Assembly: GCA_013416795.1 (NCBI GenBank)
Contig: RQSC01000308.1
Location: 1 to 64,000, forward strand
Direction of reading: 5' to 3'
From: Prasinococcaceae sp. CCMP 1430
Taxonomy: Eukaryota > Plantae > Prasinodermophyta
Length of the DNA: 64,000 bases
How positions within the stretch are numbered: the first letter of the stretch is position 1; each line of letters starts with the position of its first letter. The notes under the pieces are model-generated. The model had not been told where the DNA came from. It made no database searches and was given only the letters and a program-made list of their open reading frames with translations. Below are positions 41,155-52,875 of this stretch, piece after piece. Position numbers and translations under genes: made by a program.

Positions 41155-42432
41155 ATGTCGGAGGTCGAGGGGTGTCCTGGTTGGTGGGAGTACGAGTCAG
41201 AGGAAGGCGTCCCGTACTTTTTCAACGACGAGACCGAGGAGACGCGCTGGGAGCACCCCTCGCTCGCGGGCGACGGCGGGAGGGTGGCGGGTGACAGCGG
41301 TGGTAATGAAAGCGGTGGCGAGCATGCGCTCGACTTGAGCGGTGCTGTAGCGGGGTCTGAGACGCAGCCGCGAGCGCAAGAGGATGAGTGGGTAGTGGGC
41401 GATGGCGGCGACGGTGGCAGCAGCAGCGGCGATGGCGATGACAAGATGACACAGTTCAAACAGGCTGTCGGCATGCTCAAGTCGCGCGGCGTCTTTGGTG
41501 GCGTCCGGACAGAAGAAATGCGGAGCATTAAGCCCACGCGCAACCGCTTGAGCTCACAATTTTCCGAGTCGAGGGCCATGCTTGCCAAGCTGGGCATCCT
41601 CGACGCGCCCAGTGGCACGGCGGCGCGCGCGGAGATCGAGCAGCGCGTTCCAAACGCTATCACGGAGGAAGACGAGTACGCAGAGAAACCAAAGGGCGAC
41701 GAGGAGCAGGAAATGCCCGTGATCACAGAGGGATTCCGAGACGATGAGGAGGTGGACGCGTTGTCAGCGGTGAAGGCCTCGTCCGCGGCGGAGGCTTCCC
41801 CAGCGCCGGCCACCACCGCCACGTCTAACGTCACCAAGTGGGAGCCCATCGGCGTGGAGGCTGTGTCATTTATTTGCTTCGACGTCGACGAGCGCACGGT
41901 CACAATGCCAATGTGGGCGGCAGGCACCCATGGCAATCTGCAGGTGGGCATGGTGGTGCTCGCCTGGGAGGGCCTGGTGACGTGGGGCCCCACCTCCAAC
42001 GATCCTTTCCTGATCCCCTACGAGAACATGGTCATGTGGACGCTCGACCCGACCGATGCTGCGCTCGACATCACCATGGAAGGCACCTTCGATCCCACGG
42101 CACGGAAGCTGAAACTGCTCACTGGCGAGGTCATCGATCTGCGCGTGTGCCTGCCCACGCCCACCGTGGCCTTCGAGCTCTACAAGTCGCTGAAGGAGGT
42201 GTGCACGCGCGTGGGCAAGGAGAAGCGTGCGCAGCTCGATAAGGAGGCGCTCAGGAGGACCAAGCTGATGGCGGACAAGGTCAAGACACTCGCACTGGCA
42301 GGCATGTCGGGCCGCCAGCGACGTTTGTCCGTCAACGTGAGCGCAAGCGACGCCGCTGCTGACGACGTCGCCGTCGCTGTCAATCAGGCCGCCATACTAA
42401 AGCAGGCCAGGCGGCAGCTCAACGGACAGTGA
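41155..42432 (+). CDS. WW-domain protein with a C-terminal PH-like region
   Basis: GWWEYESEEGVPYFFNDETEETRWEHP (WW). The beta-rich C-terminal segment followed by a helix suggests a PH-like fold (inference). Confidence 0.65.
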   Translation: MSEVEGCPGWWEYESEEGVPYFFNDETEETRWEHPSLAGDGGRVAGDSGGNESGGEHALDLSGAVAGSETQPRAQEDEWVVGDGGDGGSSSGDGDDKMTQFKQAVGMLKSRGVFGGVRTEEMRSIKPTRNRLSSQFSESRAMLAKLGILDAPSGTAARAEIEQRVPNAITEEDEYAEKPKGDEEQEMPVITEGFRDDEEVDALSAVKASSAAEASPAPATTATSNVTKWEPIGVEAVSFICFDVDERTVTMPMWAAGTHGNLQVGMVVLAWEGLVTWGPTSNDPFLIPYENMVMWTLDPTDAALDITMEGTFDPTARKLKLLTGEVIDLRVCLPTPTVAFELYKSLKEVCTRVGKEKRAQLDKEALRRTKLMADKVKTLALAGMSGRQRRLSVNVSASDAAADDVAVAVNQAAILKQARRQLNGQ

Positions 42433-42580
42433 GGCCCCCTCAGCTTCGGGGCGCGTGTGGGCCATGCCAGTGCGCGGATGCACGATTGCCGCTCACGCGT
42501 TGGCAAGGGTGGTACTGTACAGCTTTCGATCACAGGAGGTGGCGGCGGTCGCACAGCACGCTGCTCATGCTTGGAGACGC

Positions 42581-43376
42581 TCAGCGCGCGCGTGCTCGGC
42601 GCGCCCGCGTGCTCGCGCGCTCGGGCACACTACTGAGGGCCTTGGCCATCGCTGCGACCCCGAGCGCCTGCTCGAGCGTCGGCTCGAGGTCCTTGCTAAG
42701 GATCTGGTACGCGTGCTCGCCGGTGTTGCGGCCATCGGCGCGTGGTGCGATGCGCATCTCAGGGAAGTGCTCCGGCGAGCTCGCGTCCACAGCGTAGCCC
42801 AAGCGCGACATGTAAAAACGCGCGGCCCGCGGGTTGTCGCGAAAGACGGTGAGCATGCAGGCACGCATCCCCGCTCCGGCTGCGGCTCGCTCGGCTGCGC
42901 GCATGAGCGCCTCCCCGACGCCGCAGCCACGCGCGTCCGCGGCCACATGCGCCTCGTACACGTAGCACACCGGCGTCGGCTCATCGTTGCGTTCCTCCTC
43001 CACAAATCGCACGAGCACGAAGCCGGCGTACGGCGGCCCCGTGCGCGACGCCTCACCCTCGCACTCTGGCGTCGCGTCAGCCCCGGAAGTTGCCTCGGCG
43101 ACGAGCAGCCTCGAGTCGGCGTGCCGTATCTCGGCGAGCTTGGCCGTGTCATCCCACCCCCAGGTCGCCTCGTGCAGCGAGCGGATGCTCTCGTGCATGA
43201 GCTCGAGCGCCCAGCGCGCGGCCGCGACGCGCTCGGCCTCGCCCAGCCACCGCACGGCGTGGCCTTCGACCCCCCCCTTAGCCCCTGCGGCCTCCGCGAG
43301 GTCCGCCGCCGACATCGCGTTGGCCACGCGCAGCACGAGCGCACAGCGCTCGCCCGCGCGCCGCCGCTTCGCCGCG
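42581..43376 (-). CDS. NAA40: GNAT N-alpha-acetyltransferase, NAA40/NatD-like; 5' end in the gap
   Basis: WGWDDTAKLAEIRH..RLLV, GFVLVRFVEE, CYVYEAHV..ARGCGVG (motif A), MLTVFRDNPRAARFY..LGY.VDASSP, YQILSK. Confidence 0.82.
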
Positions 43377-43701
43377 NNNNNNNNNNNNNNNNNNNNNNNN
43401 NNNNNNNNNNNNNNNNNNNNNNNNNNNNNNNNNNNNNNNNNNNNNNNNNNNNNNNNNNNNNNNNNNNNNNNNNNNNNNNNNNNNNNNNNNNNNNNNNNNN
43501 NNNNNNNNNNNNNNNNNNNNNNNNNNNNNNNNNNNNNNNNNNNNNNNNNNNNNNNNNNNNNNNNNNNNNNNNNNNNNNNNNNNNNNNNNNNNNNNNNNNN
43601 NNNNNNNNNNNNNNNNNNNNNNNNNNNNNNNNNNNNNNNNNNNNNNNNNNNNNNNNNNNNNNNNNNNNNNNNNNNNNNNNNNNNNNNNNNNNNNNNNNNN
43701 N
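43377..43701. other. Assembly gap (325 N) covering the head-to-head starts of NAA40 and POLA1
   Basis: Run of N; both flanking ORFs run into it from opposite strands. Confidence 0.97.
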
Positions 43702-46700
43702 CGGCGGCCGCCCGTCGCGGCGCAACGCGTCGCGCGCCGAAAAGGCAAAGGCGCTGCTCGGGGGGCTCGCGGCCGCGCGAGCGGGCGGCGTGACGCGCGT
43801 GGAGCAGTACGAGTACCAGGAGGAGGAGGACGTGTACGACGCGCTCAACGACGAAGAGTACGCCAAGCACGTCGCGGAGAAGCGCCAGCAGGCCGCGGGA
43901 TTCGTCGAGGATGACGACGGGTTCGGCTACGCCGACATCGGCGAGGAGGAGGACTGGGGAGCCGGCGGTGGCGTGAGCGCGGGCGGCGAGAGCGGCCGCG
44001 CGCGCGCGCAGAAGCGAGCGCGCGCGCAGGAGGCGGCGGCCGCGCGCAAGAAGGCGGCCATGCCGCAGCCCACCGAGCGTGGCCGCATCAGTCGCCTGCT
44101 CGCCGCGAGCGCTCGCGCCGCGCCAGCGAAACGCAAGGCTGCTGCTGGCGTGGACGACAGCGATGCGCTGCTCGAAGATATCCTTAGCGGCCTGGGCACC
44201 GACGCCGGGGACAAGGCCCGGGTGCGCCAGCAGACGCTCGAGCGCAAGGCCAAGATGGCGGCCGCTGGCTCGATTCCAATCGTGCAGCCGAAGGCGGCGG
44301 TGACGGCAGCGGCACTCACTGCGACGCCGCCCAAGCGCGGCGCCGCGGCTGCTGCCGCACGCTTCGCCAAGTCTCCATCGCCCCTCAAGGCCCCAGCACC
44401 TGCCAATGGCCAAGCCATGGAGGAGCCGCCTGATGGGGCCGAGCCCGCAGATCCTCCCGCGTCGGCTCCTGAGACGCCGGCCGCGCCTGCTGCCGCTGAA
44501 CCCTGTGCTGAGCCCGCCGCCGCTCAGCCAGCGCCGGCCGGCGATGCGCAGCCCAGCGCGGCGAAGAAGGCCAGGGTGACCTTTGCGACGGAGGCGGCGC
44601 CCACCGAGAGGGAGTCCGCATGGAAGGCCGCCTGCGACGCCCAGGGGGCATCGCAGGCGCGCGCCGCCGCTGCGGCCGAGGAGGAGGCCCGCGTGGCCGC
44701 GGCGACCACCACCGCCAACAGCAATGACCTCCCCCTCGACGAGGATGGCACGCTCCCGTTCTACTTCACGGACGCCCATGAGGAGATTTTCTCGCCGGGC
44801 ACGGTCTACCTTTTCGGCAAGGTGCCCGTTCAACGCACCTTCGTGAGCTGCTGCGTGGCCGTGCGCAACCTGCAGCGCTGCGTCTTTGTGGTGCCGCGGC
44901 AGGGCATGCTCAGCACGCCCGACATTGCCGAGGCACACGCCGCGCTGCAGAAGCAGCAGGCGGATGGCGACGAGGCCGCTGTGAAGGACGCCAAGCGCAC
45001 GCTCAACATGGCCCTGCACGGCGCGAGCGCACCCTTCAAGGATGAGCTGCGCGCGGCGCTTAACAAGGCAGGCATCGACCAGTACAAGATCAAGTTCGTG
45101 CGTCGCACGTACTGCCTGGAACGCGACGATATCCCCAATGGCGAACAGTGGGTAGTCAAGCTCACCTACCCTGCCAGCAACAACGCGCTCCCAAGTGACC
45201 TCAAGGGCGAGCACATCGCCGCCGCGCTGGGGACGCACGCGAGCGCCATCGAGAACCTGCTCGTCAAGAGGCGCATCATGGGTCCGAGCTGGCTCGCGCT
45301 GAGCAACGCGGAGCGCGTCAACGGCATCAAGGCGAGCTGGTGCACGCTCGAGGTCGACCTCAAGGACAAGAAGGACATCTCCAGCAAGCCCGCCAAGCAC
45401 CGTGCCCCGGCGCCCCTCGTGGTTTGTTCGGTCAGCCTGCGCACAATCGTTAATCCGCGCACCAACGCATCGGAGATCGCGGCCGCGAGCCTCATTACCG
45501 CCGGCAGCGTGCGCTGCGACACGACGACTCCGCGTGCCGAGTGGAACACGCCATCGTATCTGCGCCAGCAGACGCTCGTGCGCCGCCTGGATGGGATGGC
45601 GTTCCCGCACGGCTTCGAGAAGAAGGTGTCCGAGGAGAACAGTCGCGGCATGGGCCGCGTCCTCGAGGCGTGCGCGTCCGAGCGCGCCCTCCTGGTCATG
45701 CTGCTCGCCAAGATCGAGAAGCTCGACCCGGACGTCATCGTGGGCCACAACGTGGCCGGCTTCGACCTGGAGGTGATCATGCAGCGCATGCAGGTCAACA
45801 AGGCCCCGCACTGGAGCCGCATCGGCCGGCTGCGCCGCTCGAAGTTCCCGAAGCTTGGCGCCCCAGGCAGCTCGACCTTCGGCTCCGGTGCGTCGCCAGC
45901 CCTCATGTCGTGTGTGGCTGGCCGCCTGCTGTGCGACACCTATCTCGGTGCTAAGGAGCTCTTGCACGAGGTGAGCTACAGCCTGAAGGCCCTCTCGGAG
46001 ACGCAACTCGGCGAGACCAAGCAGGATATGCCGCCGTCAGAGGTGGTCAAGTCGTACGAGGAACCCGCGAAGCTGGTGGCTCTCACCGAGTCAGGCGTCA
46101 AGGACGCGTGGCTCTCACTTGCACTGATGTTCCACATGAACCAGCTGCCGCTCACCAGGCAGTTGACGGAGCTGTGTGGGAATGTGTGGTCGAAGACGCT
46201 CGGTGGGCAGCGTGCCCAGCGCATCGAGTTCCTGCTGCTGCACGAGTTCCACGCGCGCAAGCACCTGGTGCCGGACCGCCTGCCGAAGTCCGAACGTGAG
46301 CGCGTCGCCAGGGCTGCCGGCCTGAAGCGCAGCGGCGATGACGACTTCGACATGATGCCTCCCGACGACATCGAGGCCGACATCGGCGGTGGCGGTGGCA
46401 CCGGTAAAAAGAGCGCGCGCCGTCGCCAGAAGGCGCAATACGCCGGCGGCCTCGTGCTTGAACCAAAGAAGGGCCTCTATGACGACTTCGTCATCATGAT
46501 GGACTTCAACTCGCTGTACCCATCTATCATCCAGGAGTACAACATCTGCTTCACCACTGTGCCGCTTGCGCGCGCGGCCACTGAAGAGAATGAGGAGGGC
46601 GCCGCCGAGGGCCCGCCGCCTCTGCCCGACGCCGATCTCCCTCCAGGCATCCTGCCGCTGACCATCAAGAAGCTGGTGCAGCGCCGCCGCGAAGTCAAGA

Positions 46701-48548
46701 ACCTCATGAAGAACGAGCGCGATCAGGGGGCGTACCAACAGCTGCATATCAGGCAGCTGGCACTCAAGCTGACAGCCAACTCGATGTACGGCTGCCTCGG
46801 TTTCAGCAACAGCCGCTTCTACGCCAAGCCGCTCGCCATGCTGGTGACTTCGCAGGGCCGCGAGATCCTCCAGAGCACGGTGGACCTCGTGCAGATAAAC
46901 ATGGGTCTGGACGTGGTGTACGGTGACACAGACAGTATCTTCGTGCACACCGGCAAGTCTGAGCTGCAGGATGCGTACCATATCGGGAACCAAATCAAGC
47001 GCGAGTCCAACCGCCGCTTCCGCCTGCTCGAACTCGAGATCGACGGCGTGTACAAGACTATCCTGCTGCTGAAGAAGAAGAAGGTGCGAGCTCTGATGGA
47101 CCTGCGCGTGCAAGCGTCGCCTGCGCCGCTCGAGTGTGCTCTGACACGACGCGCATCTGCCCCGCATCCATGGCCATCACTCCCCGGCCGCCGGCGCCTC
47201 GCAGTACGCCGCGCTCAAGGTTGAGCCTGTCAAGGGCGGTGGCTACACCACGTCGATGGAGATGAAGGGCCTCGACATCGTGCGCCGTGACTGGTGCCCG
47301 CTGTCAAAGGATGCGGGCAAGTTCGTGCTTCGCGAGGTGCTGTCGGGCAAGGCGCGTGAGGATGTCGTCGAATCGATCCACGCGCACCTCGAGCGCGTCA
47401 AGGAGCAGATGGACGGCGGCAGCGTGCCCCTGGGCAAATACATCATCACCAAGGCGCTCACCAAGGATCCCAAGGAGTACCCTGATGCACGCAACCAGCC
47501 GCACGTGCAGGTGGCGCTTCGCCGCCGCGCGCAGGGTCGGCGTGAGGGCACCAGTGCCGGCGACACCGTGCCGTACATCATCTGCACGGCCGAGTCCATT
47601 GCCAAGCTGGAGGCTGGGCAGACGGAGGGCGGCGAGGACGCAACGGCGGCAAAACCCAAGGCGGGCGGTTCGCTGGCGGAGCGCGCCCGCCACTTCGAGG
47701 AAGTCAGCAAGTCGCAGGGCGCGCTTGAGGTCGACGTGGAGTGGTACAAGACGCAGCAGGTGCACCCCGTGGTGAGCCGCCTGGTTGCCGTGATCGAGGG
47801 CACCGACGCTGCGCGCATCGCGCACTGCCTCGGCCTTGACTCCTCGAAGTTCAACACCGCCACCGTCGGTGCGAGCGCCGCGGCTGACGACGGCATGGAC
47901 GCGCTCTTCCTCGACGACGACGCGCTGTACGAGAGCTGCGACAGGCTTGACCTTAGGCCGAGCATGGAATCCGTGCCGTCGCCGTTTCCGGGCGCCCGCG
48001 CTGTGGCACTCGGCGCTTCGGCCAGCGGCGACGACCGCGCGGCATGCGCGCGCACCGTGGAGGGCATCTCGGCGGCCGCGCTGGCCAACCAGGCGGCGCT
48101 GGCGGCGCGCCGCGTGGCGAGGGAATACTACGATGGCTGGCTGCGCGCCGACGACGAGGCTGTGCGCTACCGCACCCGCAACGTGTGCAGCCGCACAGAA
48201 GCGGGCGCCCCGCCCGGCTCGCTTCCCGCGGTGCAGGCACACCAGGTGGCGCTCCTCGGCGGCGCCGACGGCCCGCGCGTGTGCCGCGAGCGCTCCGAGT
48301 CGTCACTCTTCCGCCAGCTGCGCGCGTGGGAGCGCGCACTCGACCCGGCGCGCGCCGTCGAGGCGCTGCCGCAGGAAATGCAGGCGCAGGGGCGTGACAA
48401 CCTCGCACGCCACCGCGCGGCGCTCGACGCAGGCAGCCGCGCCGTCGGCCGCGTGCTCGGCGCGAGCGCGTACAACTGGGTGAGCCTGGGTAGCCTCTTC
48501 CCGACGGCGCTCTTCACCCCCGCCGCCGCGGGTGCACAGGTGTGCTAG
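43702..48548 (+). CDS. POLA1: DNA polymerase alpha catalytic subunit (intron 47084-47204); 5' end in the gap
   Basis: N-terminal YDALNDEEY..FVEDDDGFGY.DIGEE; DPDVIVGHN; YAGGLVLEPKKGLYD; DFNSLYPSIIQEYNICFTT; LKLTANSMYGCLGF; YGDTDSIF; LLKKKK|YAAL; KGLDIVRRDWC; QPHVQVA; YKTQQVHPVVSRL. Confidence 0.96.
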
Positions 48549-48943
48549 AGGAGGCACTAATTGTCGCTGTGCGCTCCTCGTAACGCTCTCTTCTGTCTCC
48601 TGGCGCGCGCGTCACGTCATTGTCTCCACAGCGCCCGCACACCTTTCACGCGAGCGCCGCCGCCGCACGCGTGCGCGGGCACGGAAGAGGAGGGAGCGTG
48701 CCGTGGGCGAGCCGCTGCTGCTGCTGCTGTTGTTGCTTGTTGTACATTAATGCTGCGGAAGGGGGTCGTGGGTGCGCGTAGCCTCGCGCGGGGGTGGGCG
48801 ATGGCGAGCGCGCGTGCATGCCTTCGTGTGCGCTGTAGGCTCGGCACGACTGCGCGTGGCGCAGCAGCTGCCTCGCCACTCGGGCACGCGAGGGAACCCC
48901 CTCGCCTTTTCTCCCTCGCGAATCGCACATGCCATCACTGCCC

Positions 48944-49438
48944 CTACTCGCCGTCTACCTCATCCTCGACCTCCTTGCCGAGTGCCTTTGCAACGATTGG
49001 CGTGAGCGCGACCGTCGGTGGGAATCGGATTGGGCTGGCGGCTTTGTGCGCGACGTAGGCGAGCGCGGCGGTGCCAGCGCGCTCGCCGCTGCCACCGGCA
49101 CCTACATCGATGCCCACGCGCGATAGAAGCGCCGCCACGTCCACGCCGTTGCTCACCAGTACGTAAAAGAGCGAGAAGCTCACCAGCGAAAGCGAGATGG
49201 ACGTGATGAGGTACGCGCTGCCGTAGCGCTGCAGGAGCTCCTTGGCGTTGCTCACCTTGGTCGAGCCGTCGTCGTCTTTGCTGGTGAGCGACTGCCAGAG
49301 GCCCGCCTCCAGGCCGTATTTCTGCGTCGTTTCATCGGCGCTCGCGCCGCCACTCTGGCCCCCGCCGCCCTCGCCGTCGCCGCCGGCCGCGCGCAGACGC
49401 TGCCCGCCGTGGGCGCCGCGCGCACGCGCTCTGGTCAC
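48944..49438 (-). CDS. DUF1279/FAM210-like membrane protein (plant plastid type); ATG unresolved
   Basis: KYGLEAGLW, AKELLQRYGSAYLITSISLSLVSF, GVDVAALL, ALAYVAHKAASPIRFPPTVALTPIVA. Confidence 0.8.
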   Translation of the reverse strand: MTRARARGAHGGQRLRAAGGDGEGGGGQSGGASADETTQKYGLEAGLWQSLTSKDDDGSTKVSNAKELLQRYGSAYLITSISLSLVSFSLFYVLVSNGVDVAALLSRVGIDVGAGGSGERAGTAALAYVAHKAASPIRFPPTVALTPIVAKALGKEVEDEVDGE

Positions 49439-49893
49439 CGCGGGCGCGCATGTGGCCCTCGCGTGCGCGCACGCGCGCGCGCGCGCGCTAAGACCTAAAT
49501 AGGGTCTACTTCACACACGCACTTGAATCCCATTCACCCACACTTTATCCGCACACGGCGCTCTAAAAACCTCAAATCCGCGCCGACTCCGAGTGGATGA
49601 CGGGCGACGACCCCCTTCGAAACTTCGTGTCAATTTCGAATCCGGCGCCTCGAAGCTCTCGAAACCTCAACCTCAACCGCTGAGGGGACGCGCGTGGGCG
49701 CGCCGGAGCGCGGCGCGGCGGCGGGCGGGGGGGCGCGCGGACCTCTCCTCCCCCCCAAGGCTCCCGCCCCCTTCTTCGCCCCCGTGTCTCGCCGGGCGCC
49801 CGCAGGCGGGCGAGCGGCGCGCGGCGCGGCGTCCGGCGCGCGGCGCGGGCGCAGCAGCTGGAGGAGCAGGGTCAAGACGCGCGGGAGAGGCGC

Positions 49894-50562
49894 GTGGAGA
49901 CCATCAAGGCAAGCGCACCCTTCGTCGACGATGCGGCGTGCTGGGCGCGCTCAGTCGCCTTTGAGACGGTGCTCGGCGGCGACTACGGCGGAGAGGCGCC
50001 GGCGGACGCGCGTGACGTGCCCGGCGGCTCGCGCTTCTTGCAGCGCCTGAGCGGTGACCGCGCCCGCGCGGCGGCGCTGGCGCCGCGCGAGCGGCTCAAG
50101 GCCGCTGGGGGCCAATTCAAGGTCGTGTCCACGTTTATGCCGGAGCCAACCAAGCTGCTCGTGCGCTGGACGTACACCGAGAAGGGAGATGACGCAGCGG
50201 TGGTGGAGGGCAGCACCACGTACCGACTCACGCGCGACGGCGGTGCGATCGACAACGTCGAACACACATGGCAGGTGCGGCGTGAGGGCCTCGGGGAGAT
50301 GGACGTCTTTAACGTTGCGCTGCGACAAGCGCGCCACCAAAGGCCGCCGGACGCTTCCGTGTTTGCTTGGTTCGCGCCGGCCGTCAGGCTGGCCGCATGG
50401 GAGGCCTTGATGGAGGACCCCGACTTTGGTGGGCAGCTCGTGCGATCGGAGCTCGACGACCTCACCGATCAGGCCATCATCGCCTTCGTGGCGCTGATGC
50501 TGTCGTTCGTCCTGCTCTTCGGCAAGGTCGGCTACCTGCTCGTCACCGCCCGCGGCGGGTGA
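49894..50562 (+). CDS. Hypothetical protein, possibly a SnoaL/NTF2-like fold plus a C-terminal TM; start upstream and uncertain
   Basis: 222-aa ORF with LLVRWTY..VEGSTTYRL..IDNVEHTW and a terminal hydrophobic helix. Confidence 0.5.
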   Translation: METIKASAPFVDDAACWARSVAFETVLGGDYGGEAPADARDVPGGSRFLQRLSGDRARAAALAPRERLKAAGGQFKVVSTFMPEPTKLLVRWTYTEKGDDAAVVEGSTTYRLTRDGGAIDNVEHTWQVRREGLGEMDVFNVALRQARHQRPPDASVFAWFAPAVRLAAWEALMEDPDFGGQLVRSELDDLTDQAIIAFVALMLSFVLLFGKVGYLLVTARGG

Positions 50563-51395
50563 CCAACCTCCCGCCAGCACGAGCGCGCCGGCACGCGCGC
50601 GGCTGGACCAGTGTTACTTTGTACCTTACTACCATCCCTTCGCCGCCCCGTGCCCCCCCTCCCCGCCCCCCGTGGGCCCGCCGCGTGCTGCGCACCCCCT
50701 CAGCGCGCACCCCCTCAGCGCGGCGCCGCAGACCGCCGCTGCAGACCGCCGCTGCCGCCCGCGCCGCCCGCGCCGCGCCGCCTTATCTTTTTATCCAAAA
50801 GGGGCGTGTGCGGGACCCTCCATCCTCCACCGGACTTTCGGTTAACCCCAAATCCGATTGCTCGCAAGCCGCTCGACGGCAGGCGAGGAATTGGCGAAGT
50901 GGCGAATTCCGCGGGGATGCATATGAAAGTGAAAGCGTCAAAAAAAAAGCGTCACATTGATATATGGGACGCGCGCACAACACACCAAAAACATAATTCG
51001 CGGCGCAAAAACCTCCGGAAACTGCGCCGAGCCGTCACATTGAAACTTCAAATGTGCAATTTGAAACGCTTTCACGACACGCGCAGAATTGCAAACGCGC
51101 TGTGCCAAAAGCCCCCCCCCCGAAACGCCGGAGACTGATTCGCGTCGGTCGCGCCCGCACGTCAAAACGCGTGTGTTTTTTTTTTTTTTTGGCGGGAAAA
51201 GGGCGCGCGAGCGCGTGTGTGATGCGCGCGCGGCGCAGCGGGTGTGTGGGTGGGCGGGGGGACGGGTGGTGTGCGCGTGGGGCTGCGCGGACAGCGCTCG
51301 GCGGCGCGGGGCGCGCCGGTGCCGGTGGCGGCGCGGCGCGAAGCGAGGCGACCGCAGGGAGCGCACGCTATCGAGCGAGCGAGAACGGTAGCGGC

Positions 51396-52526
51396 ATGGG
51401 CGCTGGCGAGGACACGGTGGGGAGCTCGCGCGGCGGCGGTGCCGCCGCCGGCGGCGGCACTCAAGCCACGCGTCTCTCCGTGCTCACATTCAACGTTCTC
51501 GCGCCGTGCTACAAGCGCGTGGGCCCGCCTGTGCCCCGCGAGCCTCTCGAGGCATCGCTCGGCGCGCCGCGGCCGCGGCGTGCGCGCGAGGCGTCCGACC
51601 CCGCCACGTGGCTCGCCCGCCAGCGCGCGTGCATCGCCGAAATCGAGGCCGCGCGCGCCGATGTGTGCATGCTGCAAGAGTTCCAGCTCGACAACGCGGA
51701 CTTCGTGTCGCTCTACGAGGACGCCTTTGCGCACACCTACGAAATGTTCTACGCGCGTCGGCCGGGCAAGGCGGACGGGCTATGCACCATGGTGCGGCGG
51801 GAGGCGCTGCGTGTGGTGGGTGGAGGGGCCCACAGCGTCACGCTCGTGCCGAAGGGCGACCGCGTGGCGACCATACTCGCTGTGCAGAGGCGCGGGGACG
51901 CCCGCACGGGCACGGGCGAAGGCGGGGCGGCGGGTGCGCCCACGCTGCTGCTGTGCAATACACACCTGTCTTTCAACCACGGCAAGCTGTGGGACAGGCG
52001 CGTGCGGCAAATGCAGGCTGCCGCACTGACGGCCGCACTGCGGCGGCGCGACGCCGAGCTTGCGGCCGCGGCTGGCGGCGGCACCGGCGTGGCGGACGCG
52101 TACGTCATCGGCGGTGACTTCAACGGCGATCGGGAGGAGTTCGTGTTCAAGCACATGATCGGCTGGGGCTACGAGGACGCCATGGGAGTCACCTGCAGCA
52201 CCGACGGCGGTGTGGTGACACATCTCACACACAATGGCGACGCCATCGAGGCGGACTACTTTTTCGTCCTGGACCGCGGCGACACTCGCGGCGGCGGCGT
52301 GACCAAAGGCGAGCCCCGCAGCCGCGCGGTTGCCTTCGCCTCGAGCGAATTGCTGCCCCAGGGGCTGAGCAACACCGCGTGGCCCGACGAGCATGCCTAC
52401 TCTATGAGCGACCATCGTCCGCTGAAGGCAGAGCTCGACTGGCTGAGCGCCTCCGCGCCTGTCGACACGGACGATGCGCGCGCTGGACAGGTGGTACCAG
52501 CCGAGGCCGCGCACGCCGTCTTCTAA
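51396..52526 (+). CDS. Endonuclease/exonuclease/phosphatase family protein (CCR4/nocturnin-like)
   Basis: LSVLTFNVLAP, ADVCMLQEF, CNTHLSF, IGGDFNG, ADYFF, SDHRPL catalytic motifs. Confidence 0.88.
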   Translation: MGAGEDTVGSSRGGGAAAGGGTQATRLSVLTFNVLAPCYKRVGPPVPREPLEASLGAPRPRRAREASDPATWLARQRACIAEIEAARADVCMLQEFQLDNADFVSLYEDAFAHTYEMFYARRPGKADGLCTMVRREALRVVGGGAHSVTLVPKGDRVATILAVQRRGDARTGTGEGGAAGAPTLLLCNTHLSFNHGKLWDRRVRQMQAAALTAALRRRDAELAAAAGGGTGVADAYVIGGDFNGDREEFVFKHMIGWGYEDAMGVTCSTDGGVVTHLTHNGDAIEADYFFVLDRGDTRGGGVTKGEPRSRAVAFASSELLPQGLSNTAWPDEHAYSMSDHRPLKAELDWLSASAPVDTDDARAGQVVPAEAAHAVF

Positions 52527-52668
52527 GCACCGACGGAGAAAGATGGAAGGGGAGGGAAAGAACGGGTGGGTGGCGAGAGTTTGTGAGAGAGGGGAGAGGA
52601 CGGAAACTACACCCACCATCAGACTCTGATGGCAAAAGCGCATGCACGCGCGCCCAAAAAGCTCACAA

Positions 52669-52875
52669 AACACACACAAAACACACACACACACGACACA
52701 GGGACACACAAACCCGTACCACACACACACACATGCGCGCGCGCGTACACACACACGCGCACACATGCACACTCGCACACGCGCACACACGCACACACGC
52801 ACACACACAAAGACACGCCCCGTACCAAAACACACACACACGCGCGCGCGCGCGCACGCACGCACACACAAAGAC
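52669..52875. repeat. (AC)n/(ACACGC)-rich low-complexity microsatellite
   Basis: Runs such as acacacacac and gcacacacgcacacacgcacacac, between convergent genes. Confidence 0.85.

Noticed and set aside
42581-46006. 1141-aa minus-strand ORF, and the 1589-aa plus-strand ORF starting at 42455
   Set aside because: Both are artefacts of reading through 325 N. The real parts are NAA40 (minus strand, left of the gap) and POLA1 (plus strand, right of the gap); the rest is antisense shadow.
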